Positions 7,736 through 15,639 of a DNA stretch of 30,147 nt are shown here, piece by piece; the first letter of the stretch is position 1, and every line of letters starts with the position of its first letter. Location of the stretch: positions 1 to 30,147 of IMG/VR virus record IMGVR_UViG_2778261179_000014; one strand, written 5' to 3'. Origin of the DNA: a virus. Lineage: Duplodnaviria > Heunggongvirae > Uroviricota > Caudoviricetes. A program made the position numbers and the translations under genes. The notes under the pieces were generated by a model. The model was not told the DNA's origin, made no database searches, and worked only from the letters and a program-made list of their open reading frames with translations.

Positions 7736-8806
7736 ATGGCTAACGCCTGGCTCAGATTATGGCATGACATGCCAAATGACCCTAAGTGGCGAACAATTGC
7801 CAGGGTGTCAGGGCAGCCAATTGCAACAGTGATGGCAGTGTATATCCACCTATTGGTGAGCGCGTCACGAAATGTCACGCGAGGTCACATTGATGTCACG
7901 ACAGAAGATTTGGCAAGTGCGCTCGACGTGACAGAAGAGGTAATTGATTCAATTTTACAGACGATGCAGGGGCGGGTACTTGATGGTGATTTAATCACTG
8001 GATGGGAAAAACGCCAGGTGCTTAAAGAGGACAACGGCAATATTTCGCAAACCGCAAAATCTCCTGCAGAGCGCAAGAGGGCGCAGCGAGAGAGGGAAAG
8101 AAAGCGGGAACAAAATGGCGATTGTCACGGCGCGTCACGAAATGTCACGCACATGTCACGACAAGTCACGACAGATACAGATACAGAGAAAGATACAGAT
8201 CAAGAAGATCAAAACACTATGGTCCATGGCGTAAAAAACGCCACGAACCAGGCAGGGGATGTTCAGACCGTCAATCCTGGTCAGCCAGCAGGCACGACAC
8301 CGGAAGCCGATTCAGCGTATGCGCTGAAAGCCGATTCGGGCGCTGTGCAGCAGGTGATGACCGCAAGGCCGGAGCAATCACACCAACTGCAGCAGCCTGA
8401 AGCCGATTCCGCCATTCAGCGGGAAGCCGATCGGGTAGTCCCGGAAAACACCGGGCAGTCTGTGGGACGAGTGGATTATCCGGATGTGTTCGAACAGGTC
8501 TGGCGGGAGTACCCGTTGCGTGCCGGAGCAAACCCGAAGAAATCCGCTTTCAGTGCCTGGAAGGCCAGATTACGCGAGGGGGTGCCACCAGAGGCCATGC
8601 TGGATGGCGTGAGGCGTTACGCAAGATACCTGGCGGCTACCGGGAAAACGGGAACGGAATTTGTTCAGCGAGCGACGACGTTTTTTGGACCGGACCGGAA
8701 TTTTGAGAACCCCTGGTTGCTCCCGGTAAGCGGCACGAACAACCAGCGTTGTGTGAATCATATTTCTGAACCGGATAACGAAATTCCGCCGGGCTTCAGG
8801 GGGTAA
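7736..8806 (+). CDS. Replication initiation / replisome organizer protein (O-like) with internal origin iterons
   Basis: About 356 aa from ATG 7736 (GAGGTG upstream); two iteron clusters lie inside the coding sequence; low-complexity central linker; position after the cro/cII-like genes. Confidence 0.7.
   Translation: MANAWLRLWHDMPNDPKWRTIARVSGQPIATVMAVYIHLLVSASRNVTRGHIDVTTEDLASALDVTEEVIDSILQTMQGRVLDGDLITGWEKRQVLKEDNGNISQTAKSPAERKRAQRERERKREQNGDCHGASRNVTHMSRQVTTDTDTEKDTDQEDQNTMVHGVKNATNQAGDVQTVNPGQPAGTTPEADSAYALKADSGAVQQVMTARPEQSHQLQQPEADSAIQREADRVVPENTGQSVGRVDYPDVFEQVWREYPLRAGANPKKSAFSAWKARLREGVPPEAMLDGVRRYARYLAATGKTGTEFVQRATTFFGPDRNFENPWLLPVSGTNNQRCVNHISEPDNEIPPGFRG
7861..7900. repeat. Iteron cluster 1 (GTCACG-type repeats at about 10-bp phasing)
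   Basis: GTCAC(G/A) at 7864, 7874, 7884 and 7895; the 20-mer CGCGTCACGAAATGTCACGC is repeated exactly at 8131-8150. Confidence 0.6.
8124..8200. repeat. Iteron cluster 2 plus GATACA repeats (putative replication origin)
   Basis: GTCACG at 8124, 8134, 8144, 8155 and 8165 (9-11 bp phasing), followed by (A)GATACAG x3-4 at 8171-8200. Confidence 0.6.
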
Positions 8807-8846
8807 GTGTTAATTTCTGGTCATGAGGTAATTTTCAGGAGGGCTT

Positions 8847-9269
8847 GTGGCAAAAGTTTTTACACAAGAAGAGCGGGAAAAAATTAAAGGGCAGGTTCTT
8901 GAACTCGTACGCCAGAGTGGGCGCGAGACGTTACGACAACTGGAAGCTAAAACTGGGGCAACAAGATATCTGATGAGCGTTCTGGCCAGAGAGCTGGTTG
9001 CCAGTGGCGATGTATACAACTCTGGTTACGGGTTATTCCCGTCTGAACAGGCTCGTAAAGACTGGCAAAATGCCCGCAAAAAATTATCGAGGGCAAAGCT
9101 GAAGAAACCGGTTGTGGTTGATCCGGACCTTATCTGGTCATTACCTGACGGAGAAATACGTCGCTACGACAGTCGCCTAAACATAATCTGTCGCGAGTGC
9201 CGGAAGAGCGAAGTTATGCAGCGCATATTGTCGTTTTATCAGGGGGATGTTCGGTATTTATTGAAGTGA
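8847..9269 (+). CDS. Hypothetical protein with HTH-like N-terminus
   Basis: 140 aa from GTG 8847 with AGGAGGG RBS; sits where a helicase loader would be expected but is too small and shows no Walker motifs. Confidence 0.5.
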   Translation: MAKVFTQEEREKIKGQVLELVRQSGRETLRQLEAKTGATRYLMSVLARELVASGDVYNSGYGLFPSEQARKDWQNARKKLSRAKLKKPVVVDPDLIWSLPDGEIRRYDSRLNIICRECRKSEVMQRILSFYQGDVRYLLK

Positions 9270-9513
9270 CGAGATTAAAGTGCATTAGTTCAGATGCAAA
9301 TTGACATTTTGTGGCACAGGGTAGAGCTAGCGTGGTTGTCCGCTTTGTGCCAAAAGCAGAACTTGCTTACATTGTGCTATGTTAATTTGTTGGGAGCAGG
9401 TCACAAAGTCCAGCCAGGACGAAAATAAATAATTGCCATACATTTAGTGTTGATTATTTCGGGATTGTTCATCTATTCTGATTGTATCAGCGAGCAGGCC
9501 GGAGTCACTCTTC

Positions 9514-9738
9514 GTGGATCATCCCATACTTCAGAAAACAATCGTTCTCTTTATTCTTGCCCTATGGGTAATTGATCCATTCAGGACAAAGAGCAGAAAG
9601 CATACTGAATCCACCATTGAAGAAGCCGATGCCAGAGAACGTCATAAATGGCGATATCTCAGATGGGGAGTGCGAACAATACAAATTGCAGCGACAGTAT
9701 ATATGTTTGCTATGCTGATTCAGTTTTTACTGAAGTAG
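9514..9738 (+). CDS. Possible small membrane protein
   Basis: 74 aa from GTG; two hydrophobic segments (TIVLFILALWVIDPF, IQIAATVYMFAMLIQFLL); no convincing RBS. Confidence 0.25.
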   Translation: MDHPILQKTIVLFILALWVIDPFRTKSRKHTESTIEEADARERHKWRYLRWGVRTIQIAATVYMFAMLIQFLLK

Positions 9739-10516
9739 ACGGCTCAGGCAGGTACGACCGGACGGAATTGGCAGCCAATTCAGCGGAGGCCGGACGGGGT
9801 TAAACGTCCCCTCTGTGCCAGTGACCTGCTCCTCGTTGATTCACACGGAAGGCTGTTAGAAATGTGCAATTTTTGCTCACAGCAGACTGTAAGAGTTGAT
9901 TGTGTGTTGCACTGTGAGATCAAATCAAAACCAATATATTCAGGCATCTTCCCACAGCGCCCCCCATTCAACAGGCAATTGCTCCTTATCAAATCCCTCA
10001 AACCAGTAAACACTACTTTTTGCCCAACAATAGGCACTTCTCCCCAACCCTAATGAAACAATGCGCGACTCCAGTCCGGCTTGAGACGACCATGCCGTTT
10101 AAGGCGCACACCATTACAAGCAGTTGCTCATATTGAGGGAAAGTTAATAAAGAAACTTAACGGCATTTCCTCTTTTGCGCACGTTTCAATTGCCTTGATA
10201 TCCAGTCTTGGTTACGTTTGCGAATTTTTTGTTTCATTGGCTACTGTTCTGATTCGACTCACTTATTAATCAATGATCTTACTGTATTCCAACGCCATGC
10301 TTTGTACAGGAATGTCCGCTTTTCGCTCAAAGCGGACTAGAAGGTTAGCTTGCGTCGGACTTGGCGTATTTAAAGAAGTGCTGGTGGTGACTGGTTGTTG
10401 TGTTCCATTTCTACAGAACAAAATCACAGAAACTATACCCAATAGTTGTATCTCATCAATGATGAGACAGCCTCATATTTATCAGGACTGGTGTACGTCC
10501 AATACAGGAGGTTGTC

Positions 10517-10606
10517 GTGCTGGTTCTCAAATGTGCGCTGGCTATTGCAGCTGTAATGGCAATTTATTGTCTTGCTGTTGTTCTTATGGATCGCCTTTCT
10601 GATTGA
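10517..10606 (+). CDS. Candidate 29-aa hydrophobic peptide (possible type I toxin-like small protein)
   Basis: AGGAGG (10506-10511), 5 nt spacer, GTG 10517; hand-translated VLVLKCALAIAAVMAIYCLAVVLMDRLSD, stop TGA 10604-10606; lies just upstream of the hok leader. Below the track size cutoff. Confidence 0.3.
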   Translation: MLVLKCALAIAAVMAIYCLAVVLMDRLSD

Positions 10607-10760
10607 TTTTATATTGGCGAGGTAACGGGAGTTAAGTAGAATGGCTGCGGGTGCTTGAGGCTATCTGTCTCAGGCATGAACACCAAAGGCAGATAGAGAA
10701 AAGCCCCAGTTAACATTACGCGTCCTGCAAGACGCTTAACATTAATCTGAGGCTCAATCT

Positions 10761-10973
10761 ATGAACGGCAAATCTAGGTTAGCCTCTTACGTGCCGAAAG
10801 GCAAGGAGAAGCAGGCTATGAAGCAGCAAAAGGCGATGTTAGTCGCCCTGATCGTCATCTGTTTAACCGTCATTGTGACGGCACTGGTAACGAGGAAAGA
10901 CCTCTGCGAGGTACGAATCCGAACCGGCCAGACGGAGGTCGCTGTCTTCACAGCTTACGAACCTGAGGAGTAA
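10761..10973 (+). CDS. Mok-like upstream reading frame of the hok locus
   Basis: 70-aa ORF that includes the hok frame with a 19-codon N-terminal extension from ATG 10761. Confidence 0.4.
   Translation: MNGKSRLASYVPKGKEKQAMKQQKAMLVALIVICLTVIVTALVTRKDLCEVRIRTGQTEVAVFTAYEPEE
10818..10973 (+). CDS. hokD: Hok/Gef-family type I toxin (HokD/RelF-like, 51 aa)
   Basis: MKQQKAMLVALIVICLTVIVTALVTRKDLCEVRIRTGQTEVAVFTAYEPEE; AAGGAG RBS 9 nt upstream; single TM segment plus the conserved C and Y. Close match to my recollection of E. coli HokD. Confidence 0.85.
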   Translation: MKQQKAMLVALIVICLTVIVTALVTRKDLCEVRIRTGQTEVAVFTAYEPEE

Positions 10974-11042
10974 GAGACCTGGCGGGGGAGAAATCCCTCG
11001 CCACCTCTGATGTGTCAGGCATCCTCAACGCACCCGCACTTA

Positions 11043-11062
11043 ACCCGCTTCGGCGTTTTTTC
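11043..11062 (+). terminator. Putative 3' hairpin / terminator of the hok mRNA
   Basis: CGC-TTCG-GCG short hairpin followed by TTTTTT; preceded by GCATCCTCAACGCACC, which could pair with the 5' leader GGTGCTTGAGGC (fold-back element). Confidence 0.4.
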
Positions 11063-11116
11063 CGTTGATTAACTCTAGTTATTAGAGAACCGAACTTTTA
11101 TTGATGGGGCAGGGAG

Positions 11117-11509
11117 ATGAAGAAACTTGTTTTAGTCGCAGGTGTAATGATTGCAACAGTAATGTTGGGAGGGTGTGCAGCAAAGGTCGATCCAGCGTTG
11201 AAAGCAGAAGCAATGAAGCCACTAACATGTAATGATGAAAAGCAATGTGACTTTTATTGGAAACGAGCGCAATTCTGGTTGGCTAATAATTCCTCATGGA
11301 AAATTCAAACGGCGACAGACACGCTAATTTCCACTTATAATCCCTCTCCAAATAGTCCATTCCTCGCTTATCAAGTGAGTAAAATGCCAAATGAAGATGG
11401 ATCCTCAAGAATTTTCATCAAGCCTTTTTGCGATAATATGTTTGGCTGTCAACCAAACCCCTATCAGGCAGTTGTTTCCTTTAAAAACTTCGTTAAAACA
11501 GGGCAGTAG
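11117..11509 (+). CDS. Lipoprotein of unknown function (moron)
   Basis: 130 aa; GGGAG RBS; signal peptide ending in lipobox LGGC (MKKLVLVAGVMIATVMLGGC); several Cys in the mature part; followed by a strong terminator. Confidence 0.75.
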   Translation: MKKLVLVAGVMIATVMLGGCAAKVDPALKAEAMKPLTCNDEKQCDFYWKRAQFWLANNSSWKIQTATDTLISTYNPSPNSPFLAYQVSKMPNEDGSSRIFIKPFCDNMFGCQPNPYQAVVSFKNFVKTGQ

Positions 11510-11707
11510 TGTATAGCTTGGACGATAAATTATTAGTGAAAACGCCGTAAACCCTCACCCAATGTGGACTAAGTCTATCAAACATGACTGTGATGATTAG
11601 TCCGTAGTTGTTGCCTATGAAATCTGGATTGAGTCAGGGTTTAATCCAATAATTATTCTATCGTTCCTTTACAAGTCCGGTATATTACTTTCAGTTTGTT
11701 TTAGCAT

Positions 11708-11733
11708 ACCCGCTTCGGCGGGTTTTGTTTTTT
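11708..11733 (+). terminator. Rho-independent terminator
   Basis: ACCCGC-TTCG-GCGGGT hairpin followed by TTTTGTTTTTT. Confidence 0.8.
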
Positions 11734-11805
11734 CCTGGCATTCTGGTTTACAATTCGCACGCCAGCCTGAACAACTGGCACCTGCTGCGCCAGCAGAGAC
11801 AACCG

Positions 11806-12084
11806 ATGGCGCACGATACCAAATTACACAATTCTGATGATTCTGCCGTCTTTGCCAGCAGGCACGGGCGGCGTTCCCGCACTTTCAAATCTGACTGGTT
11901 CCAGCATGACCCATGTACTGAAGAACAGGCCGAATGGCTAATTCATAACTATCGCAGACGCGGATACGAGATTAAGAAAGCCCTCAGCCTCGATTATCGT
12001 CACTGGATAATCTATGTCAGGCTCCCTTATTCCGAACGCCCACCGCGCCCATCCCGCACATACCAGCAACGGATCTGGAGGTAA
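11806..12084 (+). CDS. Hypothetical basic protein
   Basis: 92 aa from internal ATG 11806; stop overlaps the RBS/start of the next gene (GGAGGTAACGTG). Confidence 0.4.
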   Translation: MAHDTKLHNSDDSAVFASRHGRRSRTFKSDWFQHDPCTEEQAEWLIHNYRRRGYEIKKALSLDYRHWIIYVRLPYSERPPRPSRTYQQRIWR

Positions 12085-12085
12085 C

Positions 12086-13135
12086 GTGCGGATATTACTT
12101 CGACCTGTTCTGGTACCGGAACTCGGGCTGGTGGTCCTTAGGCCGGGCCGTGAATCCATGCAAGTATTTCATAACCCTCGAGTGCTGGTGGAGCCTGAAC
12201 CGAAAAGCATGCGCGGTCTGCCGTCCGGAGTCGTCCCTGCCGTTCGCCAGCCGCTGGCGGAGGATAAATCATTACTGCCATTTTTCAGCGATGAGCGGGT
12301 GATTCGTGCTGCTGGCGGCGCTGGGGCACTGTCTGACTGGCTGTTGCGTCATGTCAAATCCTGCCAGTGGCCTCATGGTGACTATCATCACAGTGAAATC
12401 GTCATACATCGTTACGGTACCGGCGCGATGGTGTTGTGCTGGCACTGCGACAACCAGTTGCGTGACCAGACATCCGAATCACTCGGGCAACTTGCTCATC
12501 AAAACCTGTCAGCATGGATGATTGACGTCATCGGTCACGCAATAAGCGGTACGCAGGAGCGTGAATTATCTCTGGCTGAATTATCCTGGTGGGCGGTCCG
12601 CAATCAGGTGGCGGACGCGCTACCGGAAGCGGTATTACGTCGTTCGCTGGGGTTGCGTGCGGAAAAAATCCGCTCAATGTACCGTGAAAGCGACATCGTA
12701 CCGGGAGAGCAGACCGCCACCAGCATACTGAAGCAGCGCACAAAAAATCTTGCGCCGTTGCTTCACACCCACCAGCCACAGAACCCAGCACAGGAAAAGG
12801 CGGTGGTCAGCATTACCGTTGATCCGGAGTCTCCGGAATCTTTCATGAGGCGACCTAAACGTCGCCGTTGGGTAAATGAGAAATATACGAGCTGGGTGAA
12901 GACACAGCCGTGTGCGTGTTGTGGTCAGCCAGCCGACGATCCCCATCACCTGATTGGTCACGGTCAGGGAGGGATGGGAACAAAGGCCCACGATATTTTC
13001 ACGCTACCGCTGTGTCGGGAGCATCACAACGAGCTTCATGCGGATCCGCTGGCGTTCGAAGAAAAGCATGGTTCCCAGATTGATTTAATTTTTCGTTTTC
13101 TTGATCACGCCTTTGCAACCGGCGTGCTCGGGTAA
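12086..13135 (+). CDS. DUF968 / YdfU-like protein with C-terminal HNH-like zinc motif
   Basis: 349 aa from GTG 12086 (GGAGG 5 nt upstream); C-terminus CACCGQ...DPHHLIGHG...CREHHNELH; typical nin-region position upstream of rusA and Q. Confidence 0.75.
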   Translation: MRILLRPVLVPELGLVVLRPGRESMQVFHNPRVLVEPEPKSMRGLPSGVVPAVRQPLAEDKSLLPFFSDERVIRAAGGAGALSDWLLRHVKSCQWPHGDYHHSEIVIHRYGTGAMVLCWHCDNQLRDQTSESLGQLAHQNLSAWMIDVIGHAISGTQERELSLAELSWWAVRNQVADALPEAVLRRSLGLRAEKIRSMYRESDIVPGEQTATSILKQRTKNLAPLLHTHQPQNPAQEKAVVSITVDPESPESFMRRPKRRRWVNEKYTSWVKTQPCACCGQPADDPHHLIGHGQGGMGTKAHDIFTLPLCREHHNELHADPLAFEEKHGSQIDLIFRFLDHAFATGVLG

Positions 13136-13147
13136 AAGAGGTTACTG

Positions 13148-13507
13148 ATGCGTATAGAGTTTGTTTTGCCTTACCCGCCAACGGTGAACACCTACTGGCG
13201 GCGTCGTGGCAGCACATATTTTGTATCAAAAGTCGGTGAGCGTTATCGCCGTGATGTGGCGCTTATTGTTCGCCAGCAGCAACTGAAATTAAACCTGTCC
13301 GGAAGGCTGGCAATAAAAATTATTGCAGAGCCACCGGATAAGCGCCGTCGTGACCTGGACAATATCCTGAAGGCACCACTGGATGCACTGACGCATGCGG
13401 GGCTGCTCATAGACGACGAGCAGTTTGATGAAATTAATATTGTGCGCGGTCAGCTTGTTCCTGGTGGGCGGTTGGGGATAAAAATCACAGAACTGGAGTA
13501 CGCATGA
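13148..13507 (+). CDS. rusA: RusA-family Holliday junction resolvase
   Basis: 119 aa; conserved RusA features PPxxNxYWR near the N-terminus and DxDN catalytic motif (RRRDLDNILKAPLDAL). Confidence 0.85.
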   Translation: MRIEFVLPYPPTVNTYWRRRGSTYFVSKVGERYRRDVALIVRQQQLKLNLSGRLAIKIIAEPPDKRRRDLDNILKAPLDALTHAGLLIDDEQFDEINIVRGQLVPGGRLGIKITELEYA

Positions 13508-14193
13508 ATAACCAGTATTTACAGTTTGTTCGTGAGCAACTCATGATTGCCACCGCCGATTTGAGTGGATCAACAAAAGGGCAGCTTGAGGCCTGGCAGG
13601 AGAATGCCATGTTTGATACAGGGCGTTACAGGCGTAAAAAAATCCGGTACCGCGATGAAGTGACTGGAAAAATGATAACGCGGGATAATCCACCAATCCC
13701 GGGAAAGCAATCGCTGGCGAAGGGGACGTCAATTCCTCTGGTCAGTCCGGTTGAGTTTTCGACATCATCGTGGCGGCGGGCTGTTCTGTCTCTTGAAGAA
13801 CATCATAAAGCCTGGTTGTTGTGGTGTTACAGCGGGAGTATTTGTTGGGAATATCAGATCGCGATAACACAGTGGGCGTGGAATGAATTTAATACTCAAT
13901 CCGGTACCAGAAAAATTGCAGGGAAAACGCAGGAACGCCTGAAAAAATTAATCTGGCTGGCGGCGCAGGCAGTAAAAGCAGAACTTTTTGGTGGGGAAGG
14001 TTATGAATACCAGGAGCTGGCATTACTGGCGGGAGTGACAACTAAAAACTGGTCCAAAACATTTACTCGTCACTGGGTTGCAATGAAACACATTTTTCAC
14101 CGACTGGATAGTGAGGCTTTATTGTTTGTAATGAGAACACGTTCAAAACAAAAGGCGGCATTTTCAAAGCAAAGTGTTGCAAAAGTAGATTGA
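13504..14193 (+). CDS. Late-gene antitermination protein Q-like
   Basis: 229 aa, start overlaps the rusA stop; sits directly upstream of a terminator, tRNAs and the lysis cassette. Family assignment is by context and recall. Confidence 0.6.
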   Translation: MNNQYLQFVREQLMIATADLSGSTKGQLEAWQENAMFDTGRYRRKKIRYRDEVTGKMITRDNPPIPGKQSLAKGTSIPLVSPVEFSTSSWRRAVLSLEEHHKAWLLWCYSGSICWEYQIAITQWAWNEFNTQSGTRKIAGKTQERLKKLIWLAAQAVKAELFGGEGYEYQELALLAGVTTKNWSKTFTRHWVAMKHIFHRLDSEALLFVMRTRSKQKAAFSKQSVAKVD

Positions 14194-14256
14194 AAGGCAT
14201 ATATTTCATGCAAATCTGATATTTTGCCGATTTTGTACGTGATGGCAAAAGCAAAC

Positions 14257-14284
14257 AAAACCCGCCCACAAGCGGGTTTTTTTA
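14257..14284 (+). terminator. Rho-independent terminator downstream of the Q-like gene (tR'-like candidate)
   Basis: AAAACCCGC-CCACAA-GCGGGTTTT hairpin followed by TTTTT. Confidence 0.7.
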
Positions 14285-14365
14285 TGCCACTTATCTCGGA
14301 TAGACATGGTGAATGCGCTGGTGGAGGAGGTAAGGGTGATTTTTAACCAGGTGATTTTTGAATGC

Positions 14366-14394
14366 TTGCAACATTGATTTCGTAACGTTATTAT
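14366..14394 (+). promoter_or_regulatory. Sigma70-like promoter upstream of the tRNA cluster
   Basis: TTGCAA (14366-14371), 17 nt spacer, TATTAT (14389-14394); predicted start about 14401, just before the first tRNA at 14404. Confidence 0.5.
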
Positions 14395-14403
14395 GCTGCG
14401 CCC

Positions 14404-14479
14404 GGCCCTTTAGCTCAGTGGTGAGAGCGAGCGACTCATAATCGCCAGGTCGCTGGTTCAAATCCAGCAAGGGCCACCA
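14404..14479 (+). tRNA. tRNA with anticodon CAU, Ile2 (lysidine)-like
   Basis: Hand-folded cloverleaf: acceptor GGCCCTT/AAGGGCC, D-stem GCTC/GAGC, anticodon loop CTCATAA, T-arm GCTGG-TTCAAAT-CCAGC, encoded CCA. Resembles E. coli ileX from memory. Confidence 0.8.
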
Positions 14480-14480
14480 A

Positions 14481-14557
14481 CCGCCACTAGCTCATCAGGA
14501 AAGAGCGTCAACCCTTTAAGTTGAGTGTGCGAGGTTCGAGTCCCCGGTGGCGGTCCA
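14481..14557 (+). tRNA. tRNA-like gene with atypical anticodon loop CCTTTAA (anticodon UUU, Lys-type, isotype uncertain)
   Basis: Acceptor CCGCCAC/GTGGCGG (7 bp, C1-G72), D-stem GCTC/GAGC, anticodon stem TCAAC/GTTGA, T-arm CGAGG-TTCGAGT-CCCCG with one A-C mismatch, encoded CCA. Position 33 is C rather than the near-universal U. Confidence 0.55.
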
Positions 14558-14559
14558 GT

Positions 14560-14635
<76 letters not shown>

Positions 14636-14638
14636 TAT

Positions 14639-14713
<75 letters not shown>

Positions 14714-14717
14714 GTTA

Positions 14718-14765
14718 GAGTCTTTCAGTCTGCGATGATGGGAAATCCCGGAGTGACTGAAAGAC
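14718..14765. repeat. 11-bp perfect inverted repeat (GTCTTTCAGTC / GACTGAAAGAC) with 24-nt loop
   Basis: Seen directly; the loop contains a GGGA-AA-TCCC mini-hairpin. Confidence 0.6.
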
Positions 14766-14772
14766 GTTTAAG

Positions 14773-14845
14773 TTATGAATGATCGCCTTTTTTTGCAAAA
14801 TTGCTGTGCAGAAATACTAACCTTCGGGCAGGCGATCATTCATAA
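14773..14845. repeat. 15-bp perfect inverted repeat (TTATGAATGATCGCC / GGCGATCATTCATAA) flanking a 43-bp spacer
   Basis: Seen directly; the spacer begins with a T7 run. Confidence 0.6.
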
Positions 14846-14920
14846 GCACTCTGCTTTTATTCCGATTAACTGTGGTTGGTTTGTTGGATAGAGTGCTTTC
14901 CTTTCTGTATATATCGTTTC

Positions 14921-14950
14921 GCCCGCTTTTGCGGGTTTTTCTTTTCAAAT
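14921..14950 (+). terminator. Rho-independent terminator upstream of the holin gene
   Basis: GCCCGC-TTTT-GCGGG hairpin followed by TTTTTCTTTT. Confidence 0.7.
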
Positions 14951-15005
14951 CCCTTTCATTTCTCAGTGTAAAACTACGCCATCCGTTATTTGCGGAGGTG
15001 AGGCT

Positions 15006-15221
15006 ATGAAATCCATGGACAAAATTTCAACGGGCATTGCCTACGGCACCTCCGCAGGCAGTGCTGGCTACTGGTTTTTACAGTGGCTTGATCAGGTCAG
15101 TCCTTCACAGTGGGCTGCGATTGGTGTACTGGGGAGTCTGGTTCTGGGCTTCCTGACTTATCTGACAAATCTGTACTTCAAAATCAGAGAAGACAAGCGT
15201 AAGGCTGCACGGGGAGAGTAA
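15006..15221 (+). CDS. Class II holin / pinholin (phage 21 S-like) with dual-start motif
   Basis: 71 aa; Met1-Lys-Ser-Met4 dual start (MKSMDK) as in S21 antiholin/holin; two TM segments; strong GGAGGTGA RBS; directly upstream of a SAR endolysin. Confidence 0.85.
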   Translation: MKSMDKISTGIAYGTSAGSAGYWFLQWLDQVSPSQWAAIGVLGSLVLGFLTYLTNLYFKIREDKRKAARGE

Positions 15222-15225
15222 TTCA

Positions 15226-15576
15226 ATGACTCAAAACTATGAACTGATTGTGAAAGGGATCCGCAATTTTGAGAATAAAGTTACGGTAACTTTAGCGTTA
15301 CGGGACAAAAAACGCTTTGACGGTGAAATTTTTGCCCTGGACATCTCGCTGGGCCGTGTTGAAGGTGCCGCGCTGGAGTTTTATGAGGCAGCAGCCAGAA
15401 GGAGCATCAGACAGGTCTTCCTGGATGTTGCTGCCGGGTTATGTGAAGGGGATGAGCAGTCGCCGGAAAAGCGCCCCGTAATTTTAGATGCGCAGAATGT
15501 GTGGATAACCTACAAAGGAAAGCTACTAGGAAGAATTACTGGTTCTCTGAAGACTCCTCCGGAATCACAACCTTAA
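15226..15576 (+). CDS. Hypothetical protein interposed between holin and endolysin (possibly YdfR/DUF1327-like)
   Basis: 116 aa with RBS; soluble; the family name is recalled from Qin prophage gene order and is unverified. Confidence 0.55.
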   Translation: MTQNYELIVKGIRNFENKVTVTLALRDKKRFDGEIFALDISLGRVEGAALEFYEAAARRSIRQVFLDVAAGLCEGDEQSPEKRPVILDAQNVWITYKGKLLGRITGSLKTPPESQP

Positions 15577-15639
15577 GTCACTGACCGGAACAGATAAACC
15601 TGTCCGTGGGCAGAAACCGATAAATCCTGTTAAATATCC

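Noticed and set aside
10273-10602. 109-aa Cys-rich ORF
   Set aside because: Extremely Cys-rich low-complexity product without RBS; the only convincing translation signal in this stretch belongs to the 29-aa peptide in a different frame.
10620-10760. Expected relB/relE antitoxin-toxin genes next to the hokD-like gene
   Set aside because: No ORF of appropriate size or sequence exists on either strand; the prophage carries hok without relBE.
12528-12991. Minus-strand ORFs of 87 and 105 aa antisense to the DUF968/YdfU-like gene
   Set aside because: Shadow ORFs within a confidently called gene; no RBS.
14194-14256. A specific late promoter (pR'-like) immediately downstream of Q
   Set aside because: Candidate hexamers (TTGAAA...AATCTG) are weak and ambiguous; reported only as a possibility in the findings, not as a feature.
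14714-15005. Possible Shiga toxin or other toxin cargo between the tRNAs and the lysis genes
   Set aside because: No ORF of meaningful length is present; the region holds only inverted repeats and a terminator.
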